From Candidatus Zixiibacteriota bacterium (GTDB lineage Bacteria > Zixibacteria > MSB-5A5 > CAIYYT01), in contig JBECKX010000023.1 of the NCBI GenBank assembly GCA_040235515.1, positions 1 to 40,193 of the forward strand: a stretch of 40,193 nucleotides of DNA, read 5' to 3'. Below are positions 10,098 to 19,365 of the stretch, piece after piece. The notes under the pieces were generated by a model. The model was given only the letters and a program-made list of their open reading frames with translations. It did no database searches and had not been told where the DNA came from. The position numbers were made by a program, and so were the translations under genes. Positions within the stretch are counted from its first letter, which is position 1; every line of letters begins with the position of its first letter.

Positions 10098-11363
10098 ATG
10101 AAATTCGTCTACTACTGCTTCACGTTTGCCTACGGCATTCCGCTATCATTCTATTTCTTCTGGCAAAGCTGGTTTCGCGGCAAAGGAGAGATTGAACGCC
10201 TCGGCAGGAACCTCCCGGCGCTCAACGGTGCATCCAACCAGCGACTTGTATGGCTGGTGGCATCCTCGGTCGGTGAAGTGGTGATTGCGCTGCGCCTGGT
10301 TTCAGCGCTGCGCGATAGGGGAGTGCGAACCATCCTTTCAGTTACGACGGCTGCCGGTCGAAAGCAAGCGATTGAATCTTCACTCTCGCCGGATGCAGTG
10401 TTCTATCATCCGCTCGACCTGCCGCATGTCGTAAGGCGCGTGATATCGTTTTTCAATCCGGATGAGATCGTGCTGGTGGAGACGGAATTGTGGCCTGTGC
10501 TGCTGGAGATTGCCGCCGAGTCTGGCATTCCGGTGGTGCAGGCATCGGGTAGTATCTCTCCCCGCTCCTTCCGCCGCTATCGCGCGCTCAAGCCATATTT
10601 CGGTCAGGTCCTGGCATCCTCCCGCGCATTGCTGATGCAGACCGAACAGGATGCTCATTTCGCCAGCGAACTCACCGACGGCAGGACGGAGGTTGAAGTG
10701 ATGGGCTCGCTCAAGGAAGAGTATTCTCCACCTGATCCGGAGAAGCTCAAGATTGCACGGGACAGGCTTGCGGCATGGGATCGTATGGTAGTCTGGGCAT
10801 GTGGCTCGACACGACCGGGCGAAGAGAAGCTCTTACTTTCTGCCTTTGCGAAGCTGCGTGAGAGTTATCCGAACCTGAGGATGATCCTCGCGCCGCGACA
10901 CCTGGATCGAGTCGCTGAAGTCAAACAGCTGATAGCGGAATCTCAGTTCAGTTATGCCGTCTGGTCCGAGGCTTCGCAAGTTGCGTTGGAGACGGATCTC
11001 CTCTTTGTGGATGAGATTGGATGGCTGAATGCAATCTATCACCTCTCGCAGTTGGCGTTTGTCGGCGGGACGCTTGTGCCGATCGGCGGCCACAACCTGC
11101 TCGAGCCGGCGTTTGCCGGGATACCGGTGATCTATGGTCCGCATCACTCCGAACAGCAGGTAGGGCACGAGTTGTTGCAGCAATACAAGCTTGGCTTTGT
11201 GACGGAACCTGGCTCACTGAGCGAGACAGTTGCCCAACTGCTCGCTGAACTGGCTATGGACCATGATTTTCACGATCGAGGCACGGCTCTGCGGGAGCGC
11301 GGTGGTAAGGTGGTCGCCGACTGCGTCGAGAAGATACTGAGTCTCATTGCTGAACGGGATTGA
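10098..11363 (+). CDS. waaA: 3-deoxy-D-manno-octulosonate (Kdo) transferase
   Basis: SVGE, ETELWP, APRH, GGHNLLEPA motifs. Confidence 0.93.
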   Translation: MKFVYYCFTFAYGIPLSFYFFWQSWFRGKGEIERLGRNLPALNGASNQRLVWLVASSVGEVVIALRLVSALRDRGVRTILSVTTAAGRKQAIESSLSPDAVFYHPLDLPHVVRRVISFFNPDEIVLVETELWPVLLEIAAESGIPVVQASGSISPRSFRRYRALKPYFGQVLASSRALLMQTEQDAHFASELTDGRTEVEVMGSLKEEYSPPDPEKLKIARDRLAAWDRMVVWACGSTRPGEEKLLLSAFAKLRESYPNLRMILAPRHLDRVAEVKQLIAESQFSYAVWSEASQVALETDLLFVDEIGWLNAIYHLSQLAFVGGTLVPIGGHNLLEPAFAGIPVIYGPHHSEQQVGHELLQQYKLGFVTEPGSLSETVAQLLAELAMDHDFHDRGTALRERGGKVVADCVEKILSLIAERD

Positions 11364-12445
11364 GAGTGGCTGTGCCAGTCGACAGAATGGATCTCAGGCT
11401 CCCTCGGCTTTCACGTTGGCGGCTATTGTTGTTGCCGTTCAGTCTGAGTTACACAATCATCATCGGATTCCGCAACCTGCTCTACGATGCGGGACTACTC
11501 AAAGCTAAAGCACTGGCTCGCCCTACAATCGCCGTGGGCAATATTACTACGGGGGGGACAGGCAAGACTCCTCTCGTTCAGGCGCTGGCGAATCATTTCC
11601 TGCAATCGAAAAGAACTGCGGCGATTCTGTCGCGCGGCTATAAGTCCGATGCGGAGAGTACCGGCGTGGTGTTCCGGTCCGATTCTTCGAGCAATCCGAC
11701 GCAGCAGCAGGTTGGCGATGAAATCGCGATGCTGGCGCGAAAGTTACCCGGCGTCTGGTTCGGCGTAGGCGCAGACCGAAGCGCTATGGCAAAGAAAGTT
11801 GCGCTGGAGGGCGATCCCGCACTATACCTGCTCGATGACGGATTTCAGCGCAGGGATGTCGCGCGCGACCTGAATATCGTGGTTGTCGATGCTTCCAATC
11901 CGTTCGGAAATCGGTACTGTGTTCCGGCGGGAATCCTCAGAGAACCGCTTGCAGAGTTGAGGCGCGCGGATTTGATCGTGCTGACCCGTTGCGAGACGGT
12001 TTCGCAGGCGCAGCTGGACCTGATTGAAAGGCAGATTCTTGCGAAGAATGAGGCAGTCCGGATCGTGCGCACGACGACAAGAATCGAGAAATTGCGTCGT
12101 TTGCACGGAGAGGGCGAACTGCCCCCGGCTGCTGCAGTTTGGGCGATGGCAGCCCTGGGAAACCCGTATGGCTTTGAATACACGATCGCCAGAGCCGGCT
12201 TGAAGCTCAGCGGTACCACGTGGTTTCGCGATCACCATCGCTTCAGGGATGAGGAGGTGCAGGAAGTGGAAAAGCGCGCACGAACAGCGGGCGCAAGCGC
12301 CGTTGTGGTTACGGAGAAGGACGCGGTCAAGCTTTCGCCGTCCCACTTTCGTGAAATGCCCTGCTATGTTCTGGAAATAGGAATTGATTTTGGCGATCAG
12401 GCAGATATATTCTGGGGCATTATTGACGAGGTAGTGCCGTGTTAA
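11360..12445 (+). CDS. lpxK: Tetraacyldisaccharide 4'-kinase
   Basis: VGNITTGGTGKTP, SRGY, GDE, DDGFQ, GILRE, TEKDAVK motifs. Confidence 0.95.
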   Translation: MRVAVPVDRMDLRLPRLSRWRLLLLPFSLSYTIIIGFRNLLYDAGLLKAKALARPTIAVGNITTGGTGKTPLVQALANHFLQSKRTAAILSRGYKSDAESTGVVFRSDSSSNPTQQQVGDEIAMLARKLPGVWFGVGADRSAMAKKVALEGDPALYLLDDGFQRRDVARDLNIVVVDASNPFGNRYCVPAGILREPLAELRRADLIVLTRCETVSQAQLDLIERQILAKNEAVRIVRTTTRIEKLRRLHGEGELPPAAAVWAMAALGNPYGFEYTIARAGLKLSGTTWFRDHHRFRDEEVQEVEKRARTAGASAVVVTEKDAVKLSPSHFREMPCYVLEIGIDFGDQADIFWGIIDEVVPC

Positions 12446-14043
12446 AATTCGACTTTCTGGTAATCGGATCAGGTATCGCCGGATTGTCGTATGCCCTCAA
12501 GGTTGCCCGCAAAGGCAGCGTAGCTGTCGTCACCAAGAAACGCAAAAGCGACTCCAATACAAACTATGCGCAGGGGGGGATTGCCGCTGTCATCGGCAGC
12601 ACCGACAGTTTCGAGAAGCATGTCGAGGATACGCTCAAGACCGGCTGTGGCCTCTCGCGGCGTGAGGTGGTGGAATCGATCGTCAGGGATGGTCCCCGTT
12701 GCATCGAGGAGTTGATCAAACTCGGCGTTCATTTTACCGCTGATGATGAGGGAGCAGGGGAGTCGCACCTGCACCTGTCACGAGAGGGCGGACACTCGCA
12801 TCGCCGCGTCGTCCATTCCGCCGACTACACGGGGCGAGAGATCGAGCGCTCGCTTCTCCGTGCGGTCAATTTGAACAAGAATATAACGATGTTCGAAAAC
12901 CGAATCGCGGTTGACCTGCTGACGGTGGAGGAAGGCGGAAAGAGGCGGTGCGTGGGCGCGGTGTGCCTCGATAGCCTTCGCTATGAAGCCGAGCCGTGCT
13001 ATGCCGGTACTACGATGCTGGCCACCGGCGGCGCCGGACTTGTATATAAGCACACTTCGAATCCTCCGATCGCGACCGGTGATGGCGTAGCAATGGCCTA
13101 CCGCGCCGGGGCGTCGGTTTCCAACATGGAGTTCATCCAGTTCCACCCGACGACGCTCTATGCCTCAGAGGGGCGGGCGATCCTGCTGACCGAGGCTATC
13201 CGCGGCGAAGGCGGTCGGCTGGTTACGATGGCGGGCGAGTCGTTCATGCATAAGTACCACGAGGCTGCGGAGCTGGCTCCGCGGGATATCGTGGCACGCG
13301 CGATCGACACCGAATTGAAGGCCTCTGGTGACCCTTACGTCTTTCTGGATATCACCCACCTGCCCGCAGAACTGATTCAGAAGCGTTTCCCGAATGTGTA
13401 CCAGAGTTGCCTCAAGTACAACATCGATATCACAGTGGATCGCATCCCGGTGGTTCCTGCGGCGCACTATATGTGTGGCGGGGTTTGCACCGATCTTAAG
13501 GGCGCAACTGATATCGACGCACTCTATGCCTGTGGAGAGGTGGCGATGACCGGTATGCACGGCGCCAACCGATTGGCGTCAAATTCACTGCTGGAAGCTG
13601 TATCGGCAGCACACTTCGCCGCTGAGGTTGCTGAAGTGCGTAATGTTGACCGGTATATCGGCAGGGCCGTTCCCGGCCAGCCGGTCAATGGAGTGGCTGA
13701 CCGGCTCAAGCGTCGCGAGCGAGTCTTGCTGCAGCATGACCGCAATGAACTGTTGAACCTGATGTGGGACTACGTCGGCGTGGTGCGTTCCGATTACCGC
13801 TTGAAGCGCGCCCAGGCACGCATCAAGACATTGAAGAATGATATCGAGGACTACTTTACACGCAACCCCTGGAATTATGAGATAACCGAACTGCGCAACC
13901 TTGCCACCTGTGCTGACTTGATCATTGAATTCGCGCTGGAGCGTAAGGAGTCGCGGGGACTTCACTACAATCTTGACTATCCCGCTACCGACGATGAGAA
14001 CTGGAAACGCGAACTGGTCAGGCGACAAGGAGAATGGGTATGA
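12439..14043 (+). CDS. nadB: L-aspartate oxidase
   Basis: GSGIAGL, AQGGIAA, EGGHS, QFHPT, HGANRLASNSLLE, ESRGLH. Confidence 0.95.
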   Translation: MLKFDFLVIGSGIAGLSYALKVARKGSVAVVTKKRKSDSNTNYAQGGIAAVIGSTDSFEKHVEDTLKTGCGLSRREVVESIVRDGPRCIEELIKLGVHFTADDEGAGESHLHLSREGGHSHRRVVHSADYTGREIERSLLRAVNLNKNITMFENRIAVDLLTVEEGGKRRCVGAVCLDSLRYEAEPCYAGTTMLATGGAGLVYKHTSNPPIATGDGVAMAYRAGASVSNMEFIQFHPTTLYASEGRAILLTEAIRGEGGRLVTMAGESFMHKYHEAAELAPRDIVARAIDTELKASGDPYVFLDITHLPAELIQKRFPNVYQSCLKYNIDITVDRIPVVPAAHYMCGGVCTDLKGATDIDALYACGEVAMTGMHGANRLASNSLLEAVSAAHFAAEVAEVRNVDRYIGRAVPGQPVNGVADRLKRRERVLLQHDRNELLNLMWDYVGVVRSDYRLKRAQARIKTLKNDIEDYFTRNPWNYEITELRNLATCADLIIEFALERKESRGLHYNLDYPATDDENWKRELVRRQGEWV

Positions 14044-15584
14044 CGCACAAGGGCAATGAATTAATCCTCATCCTCGATTTCGGTTCACAATACACGCAGT
14101 TGATTGCCCGCCGCGTGCGCGAGATGCATGTCTATTGCGAAATCCATCCTTGCACGATCGACTATGAGCGAATCGCAGACCAGAATATCAAGGGTATCGT
14201 GTTGTCGGGCGGACCATCATCCGTGCTTGATCCAAACGCCCCCGACTTTGACAGGCGCTTCCTCGACCTCAATGTGCCGATTCTCGGCATCTGCTACGGT
14301 ATGCAGTTGCTGGCAAAGGTGTACAACGGCAAGCTGGTGCGAAGTCAATCGCGCGAGTATGGCAGGGCGGTGGCGAAGTTCGAGAGTGAATCGAAGATAT
14401 TTGCCGGCGTCGCGGCTTCCTCAACCGTCTGGATGAGCCACGGTGACACGATTGAGGCTCTTCCGGGTGGTTTCGATACGACCGCGTCAACCGACGATGT
14501 CGCGATAGCCGCAATGGAGAATGCCGAGAGCAACATCTATTCGTTACAGTTTCATCCGGAAGTGGCGCATACCGAAGAGGGCAAGAAGATCCTCAACAAT
14601 TTCGTTTTTGATATCTGTGGCTGCAAGGGCGACTGGACGATGAGTTCCTTCATCGCTCGGACGATCGATGAAATCCGTGCCAGGGTTGCGAACAACAAAG
14701 TGATCCTCGGCATCTCCGGTGGAGTCGATTCGGCGGTCGCAGGCTTGCTGTTGAAGCAGGCGATCGGCGACAACCTGGCAGCGGTTTTTGTCGATAATGG
14801 TCTTCTCAGGCAGAACGAGGAGAATGAAGTACTGGAAGCGCTGGAGCACCTCAAGCTGCACGTAGAGCGCGTGGATGCGGGCGAACAGTTCCTGCGTGAA
14901 CTGGAGGGGGTTGTTGATCCGGAGCGGAAGCGGAAGATCATCGGGCGAGTTTTCATTGAGATATTTGAAAGCGAAGCCAAGAAGATTGGCGACATCAAGT
15001 TCCTGGCGCAGGGGACGCTTTATCCCGATGTGATCGAGTCGGTGTCGTTCCGCGGACCCTCTGTCACGATCAAGTCACACCACAATGTTGGCGGTCTACC
15101 GGAGCGGATGAACCTGGCACTGGTGGAACCGCTGCGGGAGCTGTTCAAAGATGAGGTTCGCGTCATCGGCGAGGAATTGGGGATGCCGCATCATATCCTC
15201 TGGCGCCACCCGTTCCCCGGTCCGGGATTGGCGGTCAGGGTGCTGGGCGAGATTACGCCGGAGCGGCTGGAGATTCTGAGGCAGGTAGACACGATCTTCA
15301 TCGATCTGTTGAGAAAACGCGATCTCTACGACAAAATCTGGCAGGCGTTTTCGGTACTCCTGCCGGTCAAGAGTGTCGGGGTGATGGGTGATGAGCGTAC
15401 CTACGACAATGTTGTCGCGCTGCGAGCCGTGACATCGGTGGATGGTATGACGGCAGACTGGGCCAAGATCCCGCATGAGGTTTTGGGGGAAGCCTCCAAC
15501 TTGATCATCAACAAGGTGAAGGGTGTTAACCGGGTGGCGTACGATATCAGTTCCAAGCCGCCTGCGACGATTGAGTGGGAGTAA
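14040..15584 (+). CDS. guaA: GMP synthase (glutamine-hydrolysing)
   Basis: LDFGSQY, GICYG, FHPEV, SGGVDS, IKSHHN, KPPATIEWE. Start placed at ATG 14040 (AAGGAG 7 nt upstream, ATGA overlap with the nadB stop). Confidence 0.97.
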   Translation: MTHKGNELILILDFGSQYTQLIARRVREMHVYCEIHPCTIDYERIADQNIKGIVLSGGPSSVLDPNAPDFDRRFLDLNVPILGICYGMQLLAKVYNGKLVRSQSREYGRAVAKFESESKIFAGVAASSTVWMSHGDTIEALPGGFDTTASTDDVAIAAMENAESNIYSLQFHPEVAHTEEGKKILNNFVFDICGCKGDWTMSSFIARTIDEIRARVANNKVILGISGGVDSAVAGLLLKQAIGDNLAAVFVDNGLLRQNEENEVLEALEHLKLHVERVDAGEQFLRELEGVVDPERKRKIIGRVFIEIFESEAKKIGDIKFLAQGTLYPDVIESVSFRGPSVTIKSHHNVGGLPERMNLALVEPLRELFKDEVRVIGEELGMPHHILWRHPFPGPGLAVRVLGEITPERLEILRQVDTIFIDLLRKRDLYDKIWQAFSVLLPVKSVGVMGDERTYDNVVALRAVTSVDGMTADWAKIPHEVLGEASNLIINKVKGVNRVAYDISSKPPATIEWE

Positions 15585-15656
15585 GAGCTGGGGTGGCTAT
15601 AAAATCTCGCTTTGAAAATGCCGCTAAAATCTATATTTATATCGCTATTGCGGCCT

Positions 15657-15770
15657 TTGTGGCTCGACGGCAGGCGAGGACGACTGCCGTCCACAACAAC
15701 TGAATATCAATATCCCAGGACTGGTGAGCGGTGGCCGTCCTCGTCCACCGCCTTGTTTCCGGAGGAACAA
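15657..15770 (+). promoter_or_regulatory. Structured 5' leader of fumC: two hairpins with complementary loops plus an SD-occluding hairpin
   Basis: GACGGCAG/CTGCCGTC and GCGGTGG/CCACCGC stems; loop segments CGAGGACG and CGTCCTCG are exact reverse complements; TTGTTTCC/GGAACAA covers GGAGG. Confidence 0.55.
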
Positions 15771-17161
15771 TGGATTACCGCATAGAATCTGATACAATGG
15801 GAGAAGTCAAAGTCCCGGCTGACAAGTACTACGGCGCGCAAACCGGCCGCTCACTCATGAATTTCAAAATCGGCTACGAACGGATGCCGCGAGAATTGAT
15901 CCGGGCGCTGGGAATCCTCAAGAAAGCTGCTGCGCTGACCAATAAGGAACTGGGCACTCTGTCGGCGGAGAAAGCTGATCTGATCGTAAAGGCCGCGGAT
16001 GAGGTTATCGCGGGTAAGCTCGATGACAATTTCCCGCTGGTGGTCTGGCAGACCGGTTCCGGCACGCAGACCAATATGAATACCAATGAAGTTATCGCCA
16101 ACCGGGCGATCGAGATGGCCGGCGGGGAGATCGGGTCGAAGAAGCCGATTCATCCCAACGACGATGTCAATAAGGCGCAGTCCTCGAATGACACATTCCC
16201 GACAGGGATGCATATCGCGGCGGCTGAGGAAATTAACCGCCGCCTGATCCCGATGGTAAAGAAGCTGCGCGATACGCTCAAGCAGAAATCGCAGGAATTT
16301 GAGAAGATCATCAAGATCGGCCGCACACACCTGATGGATGCCGTGCCGCTCACGCTCGGTCAGGAATTCTCCGGCTACGTGCAACAGCTCGACAACGGCC
16401 TGGTGCGCATCGGCAACTGCCTGCCACGCTTGTATGAACTGGCGCTCGGAGGTACGGCGGTGGGTACCGGCTTGAATACTCATCCGCAGTTTGCTGAGAA
16501 AGCCGCAAAAAAGATAGCCTCGATCACTGGTTTACCGTTCGTCTCTGCACCCAACAAATTCGAGGCGTTGGCGGCACATGATGCGATCGTCGAGGCCTCC
16601 GGTGTAATGAAGACACTCGCCTGTTCGCTAATGAAAATAGCCAACGATGTGCGCTGGCTGGCCTCGGGGCCGCGCAGTGGTCTGGGTGAGTTAGAGATAC
16701 CCGCCAACGAGCCGGGGTCTTCGATTATGCCGGGCAAGGTGAATCCTACGCAGTCGGAGGCAATGACGATGGTGTGCGCACAGGTGATCGGTAATGACAC
16801 CACGATCAATGTTGGCGGCTGTTCCGGCAATTTCGAGCTGAATGTCTTCAAGCCGGTAATGATCTACAACCTGCTGCAGTCGATTCGGCTGCTGGCGGAT
16901 GCCTGCGAAAGCTTCAATGATCATTGCGCCGTGGGGATCAAAGCGAACACTTCACGCATCGATGAACTGATGAAGAAGTCGTTGATGCTGGTAACGGCGC
17001 TTAATCCGCATATCGGCTATGACAACGCTGCCAAGATCGCCAAGAAAGCGCACGCCGACGGCTCGACTTTGAAGGAAGCCGCGGTTGCGTTGGGCATCCT
17101 GGATGAGAAGCAGTTCGACGAGTATGTTAAACCTGCGGATATGGTGCACCCGAAGGGGTAG
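15770..17161 (+). CDS. fumC: Class II fumarate hydratase
   Basis: [33 protein letters not shown]. Start ATG 15770 after GGAGG. Confidence 0.97.
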   Translation: MDYRIESDTMGEVKVPADKYYGAQTGRSLMNFKIGYERMPRELIRALGILKKAAALTNKELGTLSAEKADLIVKAADEVIAGKLDDNFPLVVWQTGSGTQTNMNTNEVIANRAIEMAGGEIGSKKPIHPNDDVNKAQSSNDTFPTGMHIAAAEEINRRLIPMVKKLRDTLKQKSQEFEKIIKIGRTHLMDAVPLTLGQEFSGYVQQLDNGLVRIGNCLPRLYELALGGTAVGTGLNTHPQFAEKAAKKIASITGLPFVSAPNKFEALAAHDAIVEASGVMKTLACSLMKIANDVRWLASGPRSGLGELEIPANEPGSSIMPGKVNPTQSEAMTMVCAQVIGNDTTINVGGCSGNFELNVFKPVMIYNLLQSIRLLADACESFNDHCAVGIKANTSRIDELMKKSLMLVTALNPHIGYDNAAKIAKKAHADGSTLKEAAVALGILDEKQFDEYVKPADMVHPKG

Positions 17162-17233
17162 GGGGGCACCAATGCTGATGCCCGTAGACCAAAGATAGCA
17201 CGGTCAGGAGACCTATCCTGACCATATTGAACG

Positions 17234-17271
17234 CCCTCACCCCCGGCCCTCTCCCGCAGCCGGGCGAGGGG
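17234..17271 (+). repeat. boxC-like palindromic element
   Basis: CCCTCACCCCCGGCCCTCTCCC-GCAGCC-GGGCGAGGGG resembles the widespread CCCTCACCC..CCCTCTCCC....GGGAGAGGG (boxC) repeat. Confidence 0.7.
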
Positions 17272-17291
17272 AGAGAAGAACCGAAATGATT

Positions 17292-17318
17292 GTAGGGGCG
17301 AATGGCATTCGCCCTTAC
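17292..17318 (+). repeat. GTAG-type REP element
   Basis: GTAGGGGCGAAT-GGC-ATTCGCCCTTAC palindrome with a GTAG foot. Confidence 0.7.
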
Positions 17319-17353
17319 ACATTCGTGGACGAAGGATTCTGTAGTTATGGTGG

Positions 17354-17391
17354 TACGAGATTTTACCCGCCCGATCTCGTAGTGCTTTTTT
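17354..17391 (+). terminator. Possible intrinsic terminator downstream of fumC
   Basis: TACGAGAT/ATCTCGTA stem followed by GTGCTTTTTT. Confidence 0.4.
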
Positions 17392-17496
17392 GAGATGATT
17401 TCTTGGATTTTGTAACCTGCGTGTCAGGTCACGCCACCTCACGCCATGCGTTCGGTGCTAAGACCTGACACAACCTCGATGGCTTAGTCGTGGCTT

Positions 17497-17523
17497 GTGA
17501 GGGCGAGTACCACTCGCCCCTAC
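17497..17523 (-). repeat. GTAG-type REP element, inverted relative to the 17292 copy
   Basis: Reverse strand reads GTAGGGGCGAGT-GGT-ACTCGCCCTCAC. Confidence 0.7.
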
Positions 17524-17553
17524 GATTGGAGTCAAGTTCCGAGAGAGCTTGAC

Positions 17554-18534
17554 TTACCGCTTAATCCATACCGGCGCCAGATCCAACTCCTCATTGAATG
17601 TCATTCGCCGTCTGCCGCTGCCATCGGTGCGCATGACGTAAATTTCATAATTGTCGGAGTTGGGTTCAACCTCGGCGTCAAACGCAACCCACTGTCCATT
17701 GGGTGACCAGGAGGGCCACGTCTCATCGATATCGGGCGTGTTGGTGATATTCCTGACGTTGCCACCGTCGGCATCCATCAGGTAGATATCCCATTGGTCA
17801 TCATGAAAGGAGGCCCACATAATCTGTCTCCCATTCGGTGACCAGCGTGGTGGGATTTCCCCACCATAGCCATGATACATGTCGTTGTCAGGATCATTGG
17901 TCAACTGACGCGCATCGCTGCCATCGAGATTCATCCGCCAGATTTCCCATGCGCCGGTGCGGTCTGACCGCAACACGAGCGTCTTGCCATCCGGGGACCA
18001 ATCGGGGTCGGAGTCCTGCCAGTCACCGCCAGTCAGCTTCGCCAGTTCGTTCCCGTCCCGGTCGATCAGGAACAGCTCCCGCTTCCCATCCTTGCGTGAA
18101 CAAACGACCAGCGAATCGCGGGAGGGTGAAACCCCGAGCCAGGAATCATACACAGGAAACTGCGTAATCTGTTCCATCGTGGAATCGTAGGGATTGATTC
18201 GGTAGAGGTAGTAGTCACCCATCGGGAGATCATCGGCGCGGCTCGAGACGGCATAGATAACATCGTCAGCGGCATAAGCGAATTCAGTCGCATCATCGTG
18301 GGTGAGTCGCACCGGCGGTGTGCTGTCGAAGTCAACGTAGTAGACTTCATAGTTACCGTCTCGGGTGCTGCTGAAACCAAGCCAGTATGCTTCCCGCATC
18401 CCGCCCGAACTTGCGGTTCCCTCACCCGCAGAACTCGCTTCGGCTTTCGACTCGGCATCCCGCTGCGCACCGCAGCCTGAGAGCAGCAGCGCGGCCGCCA
18501 TCAGTGCAAACAACATCAACATCCGTGTATTCAT
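17554..18534 (-). CDS. TolB-like beta-propeller (PD40 repeat) lipoprotein
   Basis: Lipobox LLSGC; repeated PxWSPDG/NG, F.S.RDG, EIYVM.DG units. Start placed at ATG 18534 (GGAGG 5 nt upstream). Confidence 0.85.
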   Translation of the reverse strand: MNTRMLMLFALMAAALLLSGCGAQRDAESKAEASSAGEGTASSGGMREAYWLGFSSTRDGNYEVYYVDFDSTPPVRLTHDDATEFAYAADDVIYAVSSRADDLPMGDYYLYRINPYDSTMEQITQFPVYDSWLGVSPSRDSLVVCSRKDGKRELFLIDRDGNELAKLTGGDWQDSDPDWSPDGKTLVLRSDRTGAWEIWRMNLDGSDARQLTNDPDNDMYHGYGGEIPPRWSPNGRQIMWASFHDDQWDIYLMDADGGNVRNITNTPDIDETWPSWSPNGQWVAFDAEVEPNSDNYEIYVMRTDGSGRRRMTFNEELDLAPVWIKR

Positions 18535-18710
18535 CATTTCCTCCATTTCACCTTACCAGGAACCATCACCGCAATATATACACTCTTTCCCCTGGCTCTA
18601 GTATCCTTTACCCAAATTCGTGATATCTTGCGGGAGTGTCTGCAATCGACTTTTTGTTGACATTACGCTCTACAGCGGTGACCTTCTCTGCAAGGAGTGC
18701 AAGGGAGATT

Positions 18711-19346
18711 ATGAAGAAAGCTTACTTTACATTTGCGGCAGTCATGTTGGTTGCGGTGATTGCCTTTGTGGTTGCCCGCAGTTTCCTGAATGCTGAAGAG
18801 GAAAAGGCGCAGCGGCAACAGACCCGGGAGATGGTGTCGGCGGAACTCGCCAAGTACAAAGTTACCGTTGACTCACGTCTTGATGAAGCGGAGAAAGGCT
18901 TCCTGGCGAAGCTCGACAGCCTTAGCTCCGGCTACGAGGAGCCGGGGGATCTGGGGATTGATCTCGATTCGCTGGGTAATCCGCGTGGAGACTCGACAGC
19001 CATCGATTCCGTTCCAGCTGACTCCGCGACCGCATCCCGGAAGACAACGCCTGATACCTCTGCCACCCTAGCCGACAGCGCGAAAATCGCTCAGGCCGCG
19101 GCAGGCGATACTGCGGATACGGCGGATTCGGCGACTCCAACTGAACAGGATAATGAGATTTATATCCGCTATCTGAAAAAACGGTGGGTATTACCGACCG
19201 ACTTGACGAAATATGAACTAGCGGTCGCGAAGCAGGAGATCATGGCGGAGGTCGGCAATGACTACGACATGACCGCAGATGAGGTCTTGAGCGTCATCGA
19301 CAAAGTCTATGAGTATCGACAGGCGCTTAAGAAAAAGGATAACTAG
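18711..19346 (+). CDS. Hypothetical membrane-anchored protein with Asp/Ser/Thr/Ala-rich linker
   Basis: GGGAG SD then MKK plus a hydrophobic helix; low-complexity middle; helical C-terminal domain. Confidence 0.75.
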   Translation: MKKAYFTFAAVMLVAVIAFVVARSFLNAEEEKAQRQQTREMVSAELAKYKVTVDSRLDEAEKGFLAKLDSLSSGYEEPGDLGIDLDSLGNPRGDSTAIDSVPADSATASRKTTPDTSATLADSAKIAQAAAGDTADTADSATPTEQDNEIYIRYLKKRWVLPTDLTKYELAVAKQEIMAEVGNDYDMTADEVLSVIDKVYEYRQALKKKDN

Positions 19347-19365
19347 AGAGCGCAGGTAAGAAGAA

